Origin: an uncultured Pelagibacteraceae bacterium
GTDB taxonomy: Bacteria > Pseudomonadota > Alphaproteobacteria > Pelagibacterales > Pelagibacteraceae
Assembly (NCBI GenBank): GCA_902600245.1
Contig: CACKIQ010000001.1
Span: forward strand, 835 to 64,834
Length of the DNA stretch: 64,000 nt
Direction: 5' to 3'
Shown: piece by piece, positions 9,317 through 20,089 of the stretch
How positions within the stretch are numbered: the first letter of the stretch is position 1
Layout of the letters: every line of letters starts with the position of its first letter
Notes under the pieces: model-generated
What the model was told of the DNA's origin: nothing
Seen by the model: only the letters and a program-made list of their open reading frames with translations
Databases searched by the model: none
Made by a program: the position numbers and the translations under genes

Positions 9317-10183
9317 TTAACTTTTCTTTGTGCCTTCTGTTCTTATAAACATTATACCAAAAACAATAATTCCTACCACACCTACAATTTTGTTATAATC
9401 AAAGGGTACACCAAAAATTAAGAAGTTAATAATTGTTGACCAAACAAGTTGTGAATATTGAAAGTTTGTCACAAATGATAAATTAGACAGTTGAATTGCA
9501 TAAATTATTAGAGAATGACTAACAAAGCCCGCTACTCCAAGTAATAATAAATAAAGCCAAAAAATATTCTTTTCTAATGGAGCCCAATTAAAAAAAATAA
9601 ATATGCTAAATATAATTGCACCTAATATTGAGGTATAGAATATCGCAGCAAATGGGTCGTTGTCACCTGATACAAGTTTAGTAAAAAATTGATAAAGAGC
9701 CCAACAAATTGGTGGAACTATTGGAAAAATTAAATCAATACTAAATATTTTCATACTTGGTCCTAAGGAGTAAATAATTGAACCAAAACTAAGTAACATT
9801 AAAAGTATACCCTTAGGTGTTAAAATATCTTTTAAAAAGTATGCTGAAAGCAAAGAAACTATCAAAGGAGCTGTAAAGAAAACTACGTATATGTCTACTA
9901 AGTCAAATTTTTGTAAAGAATAAAACATAAATGACGTTGCTGTAACCATCAATATTGATCTTATTATTTGAACCTTAAAATTTTTTTTTAAATTTACTTT
10001 TGGTTTGATTATTAAAAAAAATATAACTAGAGAAACTAGGTGAAAAAAAAATCTACCCCAAATTGCTTGAGTAACTGGCATAACTGTACCGAGGTATTTT
10101 GCTGTAGAGTCCATACATACAAACATGAAAAAGCCACCTGCAGCTAATAAAATTACATTAATTAATGATGTTTGCTGTGGCAC
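9317..10183 (-). CDS. DMT/EamA-family transporter
   Basis: About 10 TM segments; MDSTAKYL, FTAPL, FQYSQLVW. Confidence 0.85.
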   Translation of the reverse strand: MPQQTSLINVILLAAGGFFMFVCMDSTAKYLGTVMPVTQAIWGRFFFHLVSLVIFFLIIKPKVNLKKNFKVQIIRSILMVTATSFMFYSLQKFDLVDIYVVFFTAPLIVSLLSAYFLKDILTPKGILLMLLSFGSIIYSLGPSMKIFSIDLIFPIVPPICWALYQFFTKLVSGDNDPFAAIFYTSILGAIIFSIFIFFNWAPLEKNIFWLYLLLLGVAGFVSHSLIIYAIQLSNLSFVTNFQYSQLVWSTIINFLIFGVPFDYNKIVGVVGIIVFGIMFIRTEGTKKS

Positions 10184-10195
10184 TGGAAATTAAAA

Positions 10196-11701
10196 TTACA
10201 TCACTACGCCTACTTGCCAAGGATTAAACTCCTCGTCACCGTAGCCGTTGATTTCACTCTTTGATTTATTTCCTGAGGCAGTGTTAACAATTAGTTCAAA
10301 TATTTTTTGACCAACTTCTTCAACTTTTTCTTTACCTTCAGCAATTGTCCCACAATTAATATCCATATCTTCTGACATTTTTTCAAACATAGCTGAGTTT
10401 GTTGAAAGTTTTAAACTTGGAACTGGTTTACAACCAAAACAAGATCCGCGTCCTGTTGTAAAACAAATTACATTAGCACCTGATGCTACTTGACCTGTAA
10501 CAGATACAGGATCGTAACCAGGAGAGTCCATAAAATTAAATCCTTTGTTTTTTAAAGGTTCTGCATAGTGCAGTACATCTTGAAGAATAGAATTACCTCC
10601 TTTTGCAACAGCACCTAAAGATTTTTCTAAAATTGTTGTAAGACCACCCTTTTTGTTTCCAGGGGCTGGGTTGTTATCCATAGAACTATTATTGATTGAA
10701 GTATAATGTTTCCACCATTCAATTCTTTTAATTAGTTTATCGGCAGTCCTTTGTGAGCTAGCTCTATTAATTAATAAATGTTCAGCTCCATAAATCTCTG
10801 GAGTTTCAGATAAAATTGAACTTCCACCTTTCTTAACCAAGAGATCTGCAGCAACACCTAATGCAGGATTTGCAGTTATTCCAGAATATCCATCTGAGCC
10901 ACCACACTGAAGAGCTAAAGTTAAATGACTTACTGGTTGTGAAGTTCTCTCAACACTGTTTGCTTCTGAAAGTAAATTTTTTATTTGAGATAATACTTTA
11001 TCAACTATTTTTTTAGTTCCACCTTCATCCTGAATTGTTAGAAAATGAATTCGGTTATGTTTTTTTAAAGATTCATCAAACAAACTGACTTGAGCACATT
11101 CACAACCTAAACCAATTACAAAAACATGAGAAAAGTTTGGATGATTTTTAAAGCCATCTATAGTTCTTTGGAAAATTTGCATTCCCTCACTTTGTGTATT
11201 CATTCCACATCCAGTTGAGTGAGTAATTGGCACTATGCCATCAATATTTGGGTAATTTTTTAAAATGTTAGAATATTTAATCCTTTCAACAATCATTTTA
11301 GTTACAGTTGCTGAGCAATTTACTGTGCTCACTATTCCGATATAATTTCTAGTAGCGATCTGTCCATTATCTCTTAAAATTCCATTAAAGAAGGTATCTG
11401 CTTTTTCATCTACAATGTGTTTTTTGTCTGTTACTTTAAATTCTCTTTTAAACTCTCTAAATTCTAAATTATGGGAGTGGACATGTTGTCCAGGTTTAAT
11501 TTCATCTAAAGCAAAACCAATAATTTGATCATATTTAATGATTGGATCACCTTTTTTAATTGTTTTTAAACAAACTTTATGTCCAAAAGGGATTGGATCG
11601 ATAGTACTAATCTCATGACCTTCAATTTTTGTTTTTTCAGGAATAATAAATTGACTAACACCCACATTGTCATTCTTATTTAAAACTATTAGATTATTCA
11701 T
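10196..11701 (-). CDS. UxaA/GarD-family sugar-acid dehydratase with N-terminal SAF domain
   Basis: IPFGHK, HVHSHN, RNYIGIVSTVNCS, LQCGGSDG, TTILEKSLG, FTTGRGS. Confidence 0.9.
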   Translation of the reverse strand: MNNLIVLNKNDNVGVSQFIIPEKTKIEGHEISTIDPIPFGHKVCLKTIKKGDPIIKYDQIIGFALDEIKPGQHVHSHNLEFREFKREFKVTDKKHIVDEKADTFFNGILRDNGQIATRNYIGIVSTVNCSATVTKMIVERIKYSNILKNYPNIDGIVPITHSTGCGMNTQSEGMQIFQRTIDGFKNHPNFSHVFVIGLGCECAQVSLFDESLKKHNRIHFLTIQDEGGTKKIVDKVLSQIKNLLSEANSVERTSQPVSHLTLALQCGGSDGYSGITANPALGVAADLLVKKGGSSILSETPEIYGAEHLLINRASSQRTADKLIKRIEWWKHYTSINNSSMDNNPAPGNKKGGLTTILEKSLGAVAKGGNSILQDVLHYAEPLKNKGFNFMDSPGYDPVSVTGQVASGANVICFTTGRGSCFGCKPVPSLKLSTNSAMFEKMSEDMDINCGTIAEGKEKVEEVGQKIFELIVNTASGNKSKSEINGYGDEEFNPWQVGVVM

Positions 11702-11746
11702 AAAATTATTATATAACTATAAATCTAAAGAGACCATTAAACAATT

Positions 11747-13531
11747 ATGCCTAAAAAAAGAAAAAAAAGTTTCAGAAGTCAGCAGTGGTTTAATAACCCA
11801 AAAAACCCAGATATGACGGCTTTGTATCTAGAAAGATATTTAAATTATGGTCTTACTAGAAAAGAATTACAATCTGGAAACCCAATAATAGGAATAGCTC
11901 AGTCTGGTAGTGACCTTTCACCATGTAATAGGCATTTTATGTCACTGAGTAAGAGAATAAAAGATGGAGTCAGAAGAGCAGGCGGTATACCTATGGAGTT
12001 TCCAACTCATCCAATTCAAGAAACAGGAAAAAGGCCTACTGCAATGTTGGATAGAAATCTTTCATATTTATCTTTAGTAGAAGTTTTATATGGATACCCA
12101 CTTGATGGAGTTATCTTAACAACAGGATGTGATAAGACTACTCCTGCAGCCTTAATGGCAGCAGCCACGGTAAATATTCCTGCAATAGTTTTATCTGGTG
12201 GTCCAATGTTGGATGGAGTTTATAAGGGAAAATTAGCTGGATCAGGAATGGTAGTTTGGGAAGCTAGAAAAATGTTAGCAAAAGGAGAGATTAAATATGA
12301 GGAATTTATGGATATGGTTTCATCATCCTCACCAAGCGCTGGCCATTGTAATACCATGGGAACAGCTTCTTCAATGAACTCAGTAGCAGAAGCATTAGGA
12401 ATGTCTTTACCAGGAGGTGCGGTTATTCCCGCTCCTTACAGAGAAAGAGAACAAATTTCTTACGAAACAGGAAAAAGAATTGTTGGAATGGTTTATGAAG
12501 ATTTAACCCCATCAAAAATTATGACACGTAAAGCTTTTGAAAACGCCGTAGTAGTAGCAAGTGCTATAGGCGGATCTAGTAATTGTACAGCCCATTTAAG
12601 TGCTATTGCAAAACATATGGGAATTAAATTTGATCTTTCTGATTGGCAAAAACTTGGGCACAACATTCCCTTGTTGGTAAATTGCCAACCTGCAGGAGAA
12701 TACTTAATGGAAAGTTTTCACAGAGCTGGGGCAATACCTGCAGTGATGAAGGAATTAATTAAAAATAAAAAAATTCATACAAATATAAAGACAGTCACGG
12801 GTAAAACTGTAGGTGAAAATTTAAGAAAGAAAGTTGATATAGACAATAAAGTAATTAAAACTTTTAAAAATGCGTTAACTGAAAAAGCTGGTTTTTTAGT
12901 TATGAGAAGTAATTTTTTCTCGTCTGCTATAATGAAAACATCTGTAATCAGTAAAGAATTTAAAGATCAATACTTATCAAATCCTAAACACCCTAATGTT
13001 TTTGAATGTAAAGCTATAGTTTTTGAAGGTCCTGAGGATTATCATAAAAGACTTAATGATAAAAAATTAAAAGTGAATGAAAACTCAATATTAATTATTA
13101 GAGGTTGCGGACCGGTTGGGTATCCTGGATCAGCAGAAGTGGTTAATATGCAACCACCTGACAGATTATTAAAAAAAGGAATAAGACATTTACCAACTTT
13201 GGGAGACGGAAGACAGAGTGGAACATCCGAGAGCCCATCAATACTTCATGTTTCACCAGAGTCAGCAGTAGGTGGAGATTTAGGCATTGTTAAAACTTAT
13301 GATAAAATAAAAATAGACTTAAATAAAAGAAGAGTTGATTTATTAATTTCTCAAGCTGAATTTAAAAAACGAAGAAAAAACAAAAAAGTATTTAAGCCAA
13401 AAAATCAAACTCCTTGGCAGGAAATATTTAGAAATACTGTTGGTCAATTGGATGATGGTGCATGCATTAATTCTCGAGGTAAATTTTTAGACGTATCACA
13501 TACCAAAGGTTTACCAAGAGATTCTCACTAA
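11747..13531 (+). CDS. IlvD/Edd-family dehydratase (pentonate/hexonate dehydratase-like)
   Basis: SPCN, GCDKTTP, GHCNTMGTAS, GDGRQSGT; C-terminal PRDSH as in arabinonate/xylonate dehydratases. Confidence 0.88.
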   Translation: MPKKRKKSFRSQQWFNNPKNPDMTALYLERYLNYGLTRKELQSGNPIIGIAQSGSDLSPCNRHFMSLSKRIKDGVRRAGGIPMEFPTHPIQETGKRPTAMLDRNLSYLSLVEVLYGYPLDGVILTTGCDKTTPAALMAAATVNIPAIVLSGGPMLDGVYKGKLAGSGMVVWEARKMLAKGEIKYEEFMDMVSSSSPSAGHCNTMGTASSMNSVAEALGMSLPGGAVIPAPYREREQISYETGKRIVGMVYEDLTPSKIMTRKAFENAVVVASAIGGSSNCTAHLSAIAKHMGIKFDLSDWQKLGHNIPLLVNCQPAGEYLMESFHRAGAIPAVMKELIKNKKIHTNIKTVTGKTVGENLRKKVDIDNKVIKTFKNALTEKAGFLVMRSNFFSSAIMKTSVISKEFKDQYLSNPKHPNVFECKAIVFEGPEDYHKRLNDKKLKVNENSILIIRGCGPVGYPGSAEVVNMQPPDRLLKKGIRHLPTLGDGRQSGTSESPSILHVSPESAVGGDLGIVKTYDKIKIDLNKRRVDLLISQAEFKKRRKNKKVFKPKNQTPWQEIFRNTVGQLDDGACINSRGKFLDVSHTKGLPRDSH

Positions 13532-14499
13532 TGAGACCAAAAATATTAGTTTCCAGAAAATTGTCAGATTTAGCAGAAGAAAAACTTCAAAAAGAATTTG
13601 AAGTAACTTTAAATCCAAAAGACGAACCTATTCCAGAAAGTGACTTAATAAAAATTGTAAATGATTATGATGGAATGATTTCGACTGGTTTTGACAAAAT
13701 TAGTGAAAATTTTTTTAATAATTTAAATGGTAAATTAAAAATTATTGCTCAAGTTGGTGTTGGTTACGATAATATTTCAATAAAATCTGCAAAAGAAAAA
13801 AAAATTAAAGTTACAAATACCCCTAATGTTTTAAATGAAGCAGTAGCAGAAACGACTATTCTGTTAATTCTGGCAGCTTCAAGAAGAATTGGTGAAGCAT
13901 ACAGTCTAGTGAAAACAGACAATTGGAAAAATCAAAAACCTGATCTTACTAAATTTATGATTGGAAATTCTGTTACCGGTAAAACTTTAGGTATTATTGG
14001 TATGGGTCGTATTGGAAGAATGGCTGCAAAAAGTGCTAAAGCATTTGGAATGCAGATAATTTATCATAACAGAAATAAACTGTCTGATGAACAAGAGGAT
14101 GGGGCAAAGTATTTTTCTGATATCAAGTCTATGCTCCCTGAGTGTGACTTTCTTAGTATTCATACGCCAGCAACATCTGAGACCAAACACATATTAAATG
14201 CTTCAACTATAAATTTATTACCTAAGCATGCTGTTGTTATAAATACCTCAAGAGGATCAACTATTAATGATGATGATTTAATTGATGCTCTCGAGAATAA
14301 AAAAATCTATGCGGCTGGTTTAGATGTATTTAATAATGAACCTAATTTAGATAAAAGATATTTAAAATTAGATAATTGTTTTGTTTTACCACATATTGGA
14401 AGTGCGACTCATGAGACTCGATTGGCAATGAGCATGATGGCAGTGGATAACATTTATTGTTATTTCAATAAAAAACCTCTTATTTCTGAAGTAGTTTAA
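13531..14499 (+). CDS. D-2-hydroxyacid dehydrogenase (glyoxylate/hydroxypyruvate/2-ketogluconate reductase-like)
   Basis: GVGYDNI, GMGRIG, NTSRG, LDVF..EP, PHIGSAT. Confidence 0.9.
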   Translation: MRPKILVSRKLSDLAEEKLQKEFEVTLNPKDEPIPESDLIKIVNDYDGMISTGFDKISENFFNNLNGKLKIIAQVGVGYDNISIKSAKEKKIKVTNTPNVLNEAVAETTILLILAASRRIGEAYSLVKTDNWKNQKPDLTKFMIGNSVTGKTLGIIGMGRIGRMAAKSAKAFGMQIIYHNRNKLSDEQEDGAKYFSDIKSMLPECDFLSIHTPATSETKHILNASTINLLPKHAVVINTSRGSTINDDDLIDALENKKIYAAGLDVFNNEPNLDKRYLKLDNCFVLPHIGSATHETRLAMSMMAVDNIYCYFNKKPLISEVV

Positions 14500-14622
14500 A
14501 CAACTTAAAGTTGTGGGTTTAGAAAATATATATAATTTCTATATATAAACATTAAACGAATTCGTTGATCTCAAAAACCATTTATGATTAAATTTATAAA
14601 AAACATAAACGAGAGGAAGATA

Positions 14623-15639
14623 ATGTTTAAACTTATAACTAAAACTATAGCAGCAGTAGCTATTGTTTCAGTTGCTTTATTTGGCTCTGCTAACGCAAAG
14701 ACTTTAAAGATTGAAACACACTTTACTGCTAGTTCACCAAATGGTGAAGTTGCAGCTCAATTCGCTAAAAACGTTGAAAAGTTTTCTGGCGGAAGCTTAA
14801 AAGTACAAATGTTCTACTCATCGTCAGTAACTGGTAAATCAGCTGAGGTATTTAACTCTGCACAGACTGGTATTATTGATTGTGATATGACTGGTGCAGG
14901 TTACCAAACTGGTAAAAATGCAGCATTTCAATTCGCAGGTGATGTAATGGGTGGATATGATAATCCATATCAACAATATGAATTCCTAAATTATCCAGGA
15001 GCTCAAGAAGCTGTTGATGCACTTTACAACAAGTATGGAATGACTTTAATTGGCTGGTGGATACCAGGACATGAGTCTTTGATTTCTAGCAGACCAATTC
15101 CAGATGTTGCTTCATTGAAAGACTTTAAATTTAGATCACCTCCAGGAATGGAAAGTATGATCTTCACAGCATTAGGCGCTAAACCAATCGTTATGGATTT
15201 TGGTGAAGTTCCAACTGCTTTACAAACTGGTCTAATCGATGGTGCTGACTATTCATCATTAGCAACTAACTATGCTGGTGGACACTATGAGCAAAATAAA
15301 TATGCTACATACCCAGGTTTCCATTCGATGCCTGCTGACCACTTAGCTTGTAACACTAAAGTATGGAACAAGTTAAAACCTCACGAAAAAGGTGCAATGT
15401 TAGCTGCAATCGAAATCTGTGGAAGAACTATCACTAGTTTGGTTGAAAGAAAAAATGCAGAAGCAGTTAAAGCTTTAAAAGAAATGGGAGTTACTCTTCA
15501 TGACTGGTCTAAAGAGGATAGAGCTAAATTTAGACAAGCTGCACTTGGTGCTTGGGAAGAATGGAAGAATAAATCACCAGAGGCTGCTGCACTTATAGAG
15601 ATACATAAAGCTTACATGAAAGCTAACGGTATACTATAA
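14623..15639 (+). CDS. dctP: TRAP transporter substrate-binding protein DctP
   Basis: Signal peptide; KFRSPPG and ALQTGLIDG; GAGAGGA RBS before ATG 14623; codon usage suggests high expression. Confidence 0.92.
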   Translation: MFKLITKTIAAVAIVSVALFGSANAKTLKIETHFTASSPNGEVAAQFAKNVEKFSGGSLKVQMFYSSSVTGKSAEVFNSAQTGIIDCDMTGAGYQTGKNAAFQFAGDVMGGYDNPYQQYEFLNYPGAQEAVDALYNKYGMTLIGWWIPGHESLISSRPIPDVASLKDFKFRSPPGMESMIFTALGAKPIVMDFGEVPTALQTGLIDGADYSSLATNYAGGHYEQNKYATYPGFHSMPADHLACNTKVWNKLKPHEKGAMLAAIEICGRTITSLVERKNAEAVKALKEMGVTLHDWSKEDRAKFRQAALGAWEEWKNKSPEAAALIEIHKAYMKANGIL

Positions 15640-15661
15640 CATAAGCATATAATGAAATCTT

Positions 15662-15687
15662 GAAGGGCCTGAAAAGGCCCTTCTTTT
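15662..15687 (+). terminator. Stem-loop/terminator between dctP and dctQ
   Basis: GAAGGGCC / GGCCCTTC followed by TTTT. Confidence 0.75.
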
Positions 15688-15703
15688 AAAGAAGTTTTTA
15701 CTT

Positions 15704-16288
15704 ATGCGTGATAAAGATTTACAAAATAAACAGCTTCAAGAGCAAAGTGAAAAAGTTGCAAGTAAAGATGATTTTCCAATAAACTGGATAGATAGAATTT
15801 CATTGTTTTTAAGTCACACAATTAAATATTTAATACCCATAATAGTTGTTGTGATGATGTATGAAATTTTTATGAGATATGTTTTATTAAAGCCAACTTT
15901 ATGGGCTAATGAATTATGTTTATGGTTAGCTGGTGTTTGTTATTTAGTAGGCGGTATATATGCCACAAGATTAAGAAGTCATATAAGAATAGTATTATTA
16001 TATGATTATGTTAGCAGACCAGTTCAGCGAATATTTGATTTGATAAGCACCATAATCATTGTGGTTTTTGCAGCTGCAGTAATTTATGGAGGTTTTGAAG
16101 ATGCTCATAGGTCATTCATAAATTGGGAGAGATTTGCAACTTATTGGGATCCACCAATTCCTGCTACTATGAAACCGCTTACATTAATATGTTTGTTTTT
16201 AATCGCACTTCAATCAGTTAATAATCTTATTATTGATTGGAAAAATCCTAAAGAAAAACAATACCAACCAGCTAAAGATTTAAAATAA
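15704..16288 (+). CDS. dctQ: TRAP small permease DctQ
   Basis: PTLWANE and HIRI motifs; 4 TM segments. Confidence 0.9.
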   Translation: MRDKDLQNKQLQEQSEKVASKDDFPINWIDRISLFLSHTIKYLIPIIVVVMMYEIFMRYVLLKPTLWANELCLWLAGVCYLVGGIYATRLRSHIRIVLLYDYVSRPVQRIFDLISTIIIVVFAAAVIYGGFEDAHRSFINWERFATYWDPPIPATMKPLTLICLFLIALQSVNNLIIDWKNPKEKQYQPAKDLK

Positions 16289-16289
16289 T

Positions 16290-17612
16290 ATGGAATTTGA
16301 GATAGGTACGCTATCTATAATACTTATCGTAGGATTATTAGCCCTTATATCCATTGGAGTTCCTATGGGATTTGCATCTGGTTTTATGGGTGCGGTACTT
16401 GTATTTTTATATATTGGTGAGCATGCATTAGGAATTTTACTCTCAAGATACTATTCTCTTGTTGTTACTTACTCCTTCTTATCTGTTCCATTATTTATAT
16501 TCATGGCATCCTTATTAGAACGCTCGAACATAGCAAGAGATTTATATGATGCTTTAAACGCTTGGTTAAGAAAAACTAGAGGTGGAGTAGGTGTAGTAAC
16601 TGCAATCATGGCAACTATCATGGCTGCGATGAGTGGAATAATTGGAGGAGAAATAGTTTTATTAGGATTGATTGCACTCCCTCAGATGTTGAGATTAAAA
16701 TATGATCAGGATATGTCTATTGGTATTATTTGTGCATCAGGTTCCTTAGGTACAATGATACCCCCATCTATTGTTTTAATTATTTATGGATTAACAACTG
16801 AAACTTCAATTACGATGTTATTCCAAGAAGCAATTGTTCCAGGTTTAATGATTTCAGGATTAATTATTACTTACATTCTTATCAGAACAAGGTTGCAACC
16901 TCATCTTGCACCACTAAGTGATGAACCAGCTTTAACTTTAAAAGAAAAAATGTCTTACCTTCCAGGTCTTTTGCCACCAATTGGTATTGTAATAATTGTT
17001 TTAGGCTCAATTTACTCTGGTATGACTGGTATTACAGAAGCAGCTGGAATGGGTGTTGTTGCAACTTTAATTATAATTTTTGCAAGAAGAGAGCTAACAT
17101 GGTTTTTATTTAAAGATGCATTGGTTAGAACATTTAAAGCTTCTGGTACTATTTTAACAATAACATTTGGTGCTACGGTGCTTGCAGGTGCTTATTCACT
17201 TGCTGGTGGACCGACTTATGTTGCAGAAACTATTTTAGCTTATGATTTAAAACCAATGTATTTGATTTTCATGATGCAAATAATGTTTCTAATTATGGGA
17301 GCATTTATGGATTGGGTTGGAATTGTTTTACTAGCGATGCCAGTATTTTTACCTATTGTCATAGCTCTTGGATTTGATCCAATTTGGTTTGGAATTTTGT
17401 TCTGTGTAAATATGCAAGTTTCGTTTTTAAGTCCACCATTTGGTCCTGCGGCTTTCTATTTGAAATCAGTTGCACCTCCACATATTTCATTAACAGATAT
17501 TTTCAGAGGTTTTGCTCCATTTATAGTAATTCAGTTAATAGTATTAGCATGTGTTATGTTCTTCCCGGAGGCAATGACACAAAATTTCCACGAGTTTAAG
17601 CCTAAGCCATGA
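16290..17612 (+). CDS. dctM: TRAP large permease DctM
   Basis: GTMIPPSI, FDPIWFGI, SPPFG. Confidence 0.93.
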   Translation: MEFEIGTLSIILIVGLLALISIGVPMGFASGFMGAVLVFLYIGEHALGILLSRYYSLVVTYSFLSVPLFIFMASLLERSNIARDLYDALNAWLRKTRGGVGVVTAIMATIMAAMSGIIGGEIVLLGLIALPQMLRLKYDQDMSIGIICASGSLGTMIPPSIVLIIYGLTTETSITMLFQEAIVPGLMISGLIITYILIRTRLQPHLAPLSDEPALTLKEKMSYLPGLLPPIGIVIIVLGSIYSGMTGITEAAGMGVVATLIIIFARRELTWFLFKDALVRTFKASGTILTITFGATVLAGAYSLAGGPTYVAETILAYDLKPMYLIFMMQIMFLIMGAFMDWVGIVLLAMPVFLPIVIALGFDPIWFGILFCVNMQVSFLSPPFGPAAFYLKSVAPPHISLTDIFRGFAPFIVIQLIVLACVMFFPEAMTQNFHEFKPKP

Positions 17613-18478
17613 TAAAAATTGGTTTTGTTGGAACAGGTCTTATGGGCCTTCCAATGGCAAGAAATATATTAAAATCAGGATTGAAATTAAGTGCATTCAA
17701 CCGAACAATAAATAAAGCTGAACCTTTGAGAGAGTTTGGTGCACAAATATCAAAAACTTTAAGTGAAGTTGTTAAAGATAAAGATTGTATAATTACAATG
17801 TTAACAGACGATAGTGCTGTTGATGAGATTATGAATAATTCAGACTTTTTAGATAATTTAAAATCTGGATCAACAGTTATTGATATGAGCTCTGTCAAAC
17901 CAACCACTGCAAAAAAATATGGAAATACTTTAAAATTAAAAAATATAAATTATTTAGATGCACCAGTCTCTGGTGGGACTATTGGAGCAGAGGAAGCATC
18001 TTTAGCAATTATGGTTGGAGGTGAACAAAGTGTATTTGATAATTCTCTAAATATTTTAAAATCAATGGGAAACCCAACATTAGTAGGACCTGTAGGAAGT
18101 GGACAGGTCTCTAAATTAGCAAATCAAATTGTGGTAGGAGTTACAATAGGAGCAGTTGCTGAAGCAATAACCTTGTGTGAAAAAGCTGGTGCTGATCCAA
18201 TAAAACTAATTAAAGCTCTTTCTGGAGGCTGGGCAGATAGTAAAATTTTACAAACTCATGGAAAAAGAATGATAGATAAAGATTTTAGTCCAAAAGGCAA
18301 AACATCAACTCATTTAAAAGATATGAATAACATATTAGAGTGTGCAAATTCATATAATACTCATTTACCTATTTCAAATTTAGTGAAAGAAATGTATAAA
18401 ACTCTAGTCGATAATGGTCATGGAAATACTGATCATAGTTCACTTTATAATGAAATCGAAAGGATAAATAAAAAATGA
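17609..18478 (+). CDS. 2-hydroxy-3-oxopropionate (tartronate semialdehyde) reductase-like
   Basis: GTGLMGLPM, DAPVSGG, KLANQ; GarR/GlxR family. Confidence 0.8.
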   Translation: MIKIGFVGTGLMGLPMARNILKSGLKLSAFNRTINKAEPLREFGAQISKTLSEVVKDKDCIITMLTDDSAVDEIMNNSDFLDNLKSGSTVIDMSSVKPTTAKKYGNTLKLKNINYLDAPVSGGTIGAEEASLAIMVGGEQSVFDNSLNILKSMGNPTLVGPVGSGQVSKLANQIVVGVTIGAVAEAITLCEKAGADPIKLIKALSGGWADSKILQTHGKRMIDKDFSPKGKTSTHLKDMNNILECANSYNTHLPISNLVKEMYKTLVDNGHGNTDHSSLYNEIERINKK

Positions 18479-19218
18479 GCGGAAGATTAGAAGGAAAAAA
18501 AATTCTAGCAACAGCAGCAGGACAAGGAATTGGAAAAGCAACAGCAATTGCTTTTCATAAAGAAGGTGCTCAGGTTACTGCAACTGATTTAAATGATAAA
18601 ACTTTGACTGAATTAAATAAAGAATATCCTGAGATTAAAGTTCAAAAGCTAGATTCAACAGACAACAATGCAATTTTAGAATTTACTAAAACATTAGATA
18701 AAGTAGATGTTTTATTTAACGCAGTTGGTTTTGTTCATCATGGAACAATATTGGAATGTGATGAAAAAGATTGGGATTTTTCTTCTAATGTAAATGTTAA
18801 GTCGATGTACTTTATGTGTAAAGCTATTTTACCTTTAATGATTAAACAAAATGGTGGAAGTATTATTAATATATCTTCATGTGCATCGAGTTTTAAAGGT
18901 TTTCCGAATAGATTTGTTTACGGGACAACAAAGGGTGCCGTGATTGGTTTAACAAAGGCGATTGCAGCAGATTTCGTTAAAAAAAATATTAGATGTAATT
19001 CAATTGCGCCAGGTACAGTTTATTCGCCTTCTTGGCAAGATAGGGTAAATCAAAGCCCAGATCCTGTTCAAGCAAAAAAAGATTTTATAGCAAGACAACC
19101 CATGGGAAGATTAGGGACTGCTGAAGAAATAGCAGCGGTGGCTGTTTATTTAGCTAGCGATGATGCAACATTTACAACAGGAACAACAATTTCAGTTGAT
19201 GGTGGAATTTCAATATAA
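18475..19218 (+). CDS. SDR oxidoreductase, 2-keto-3-deoxy-L-fuconate dehydrogenase/BDH2-like
   Basis: TAAGQGIG, GFVHHGTIL, YGTTK, FIARQPMGRLG. Confidence 0.82.
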   Translation: MSGRLEGKKILATAAGQGIGKATAIAFHKEGAQVTATDLNDKTLTELNKEYPEIKVQKLDSTDNNAILEFTKTLDKVDVLFNAVGFVHHGTILECDEKDWDFSSNVNVKSMYFMCKAILPLMIKQNGGSIINISSCASSFKGFPNRFVYGTTKGAVIGLTKAIAADFVKKNIRCNSIAPGTVYSPSWQDRVNQSPDPVQAKKDFIARQPMGRLGTAEEIAAVAVYLASDDATFTTGTTISVDGGISI

Positions 19219-19239
19219 ATAAATAACAAAAGGATAAAT

Positions 19240-20082
19240 ATGAAATTATTAAGAGTAGGACAAAAAGGAAGTGAAAAGCCAGCTATTATGGATAAGGAAG
19301 GTAAAATTAGGGATATAAGTTCTCATATTAAAGATTTAAATCCTGATTTTTTAAACTTTGAGACTTTTGCAAAATTACAAAATGCTGACTTATCGAATTT
19401 ACCTGAATTATCCTCAAATGAGAGAATAGGCTCTTGTATAACTAGCCCACGTAAGTTTATAGCTATAGGTCTTAATTATTCAGATCATGCTGCCGAAGTT
19501 GGTGCTGATATTCCAAAAGAACCCATAGTGTTTATGAAGGCAACTAGCTGTATAGTTGGACCCAACGATGATGTTGAAATAGTTTCAGGATCAAAAAAAT
19601 TAGACTGGGAGGTAGAGCTTGGTATTATAATTGGTAAAGAAGCCAAACACATTTCAGAAAATCAGTCACAAGATCATATTTTAGGTTATTGTTTAGTAAA
19701 TGATGTAAGTGAACGTGAGTGGCAACTTGAAAAAATGGGACAATGGGTCAAAGGAAAATCTCATGACACATACGGTCCTGTTGGTCCACATTTAGTTACA
19801 AAAGATGAAATATCTGACGTTAATAATTTAAAAATGAGCTTGGATGTAAATGGAAAAAGAATGCAAACAGGCAACACAAGCACAATGATATTTAATGTTG
19901 ATATGATAGTATCTTATTTGAGTAAGTATATGACTCTTTTACCAGGAGATATTATTACAACTGGGACACCTCCAGGAGTAGGCATGGGAATGAAGCCGCA
20001 GCAGTTCTTAAAAGCTGGTGATATGATGAAATTATCGGTTGAGAATTTAGGAGAGCAAAACTCGAAGGTAGTTGCTATATAA
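19240..20082 (+). CDS. Fumarylacetoacetate hydrolase family protein
   Basis: IGLNYSDH, DWEVEL, NDVSER, TGTPPGVG. Confidence 0.9.
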   Translation: MKLLRVGQKGSEKPAIMDKEGKIRDISSHIKDLNPDFLNFETFAKLQNADLSNLPELSSNERIGSCITSPRKFIAIGLNYSDHAAEVGADIPKEPIVFMKATSCIVGPNDDVEIVSGSKKLDWEVELGIIIGKEAKHISENQSQDHILGYCLVNDVSEREWQLEKMGQWVKGKSHDTYGPVGPHLVTKDEISDVNNLKMSLDVNGKRMQTGNTSTMIFNVDMIVSYLSKYMTLLPGDIITTGTPPGVGMGMKPQQFLKAGDMMKLSVENLGEQNSKVVAI

Positions 20083-20089
20083 TTTTGTT

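Noticed and set aside
10196-11701. Sulfolactate sulfo-lyase SuyAB linked to hpsN
   Set aside because: Motifs (STVNCS, HSTGCG) and the sugar-acid context fit altronate/galactarate dehydratases; SuyB-type motifs as I recall them (PVDDLSN, YGRLQFG) are absent
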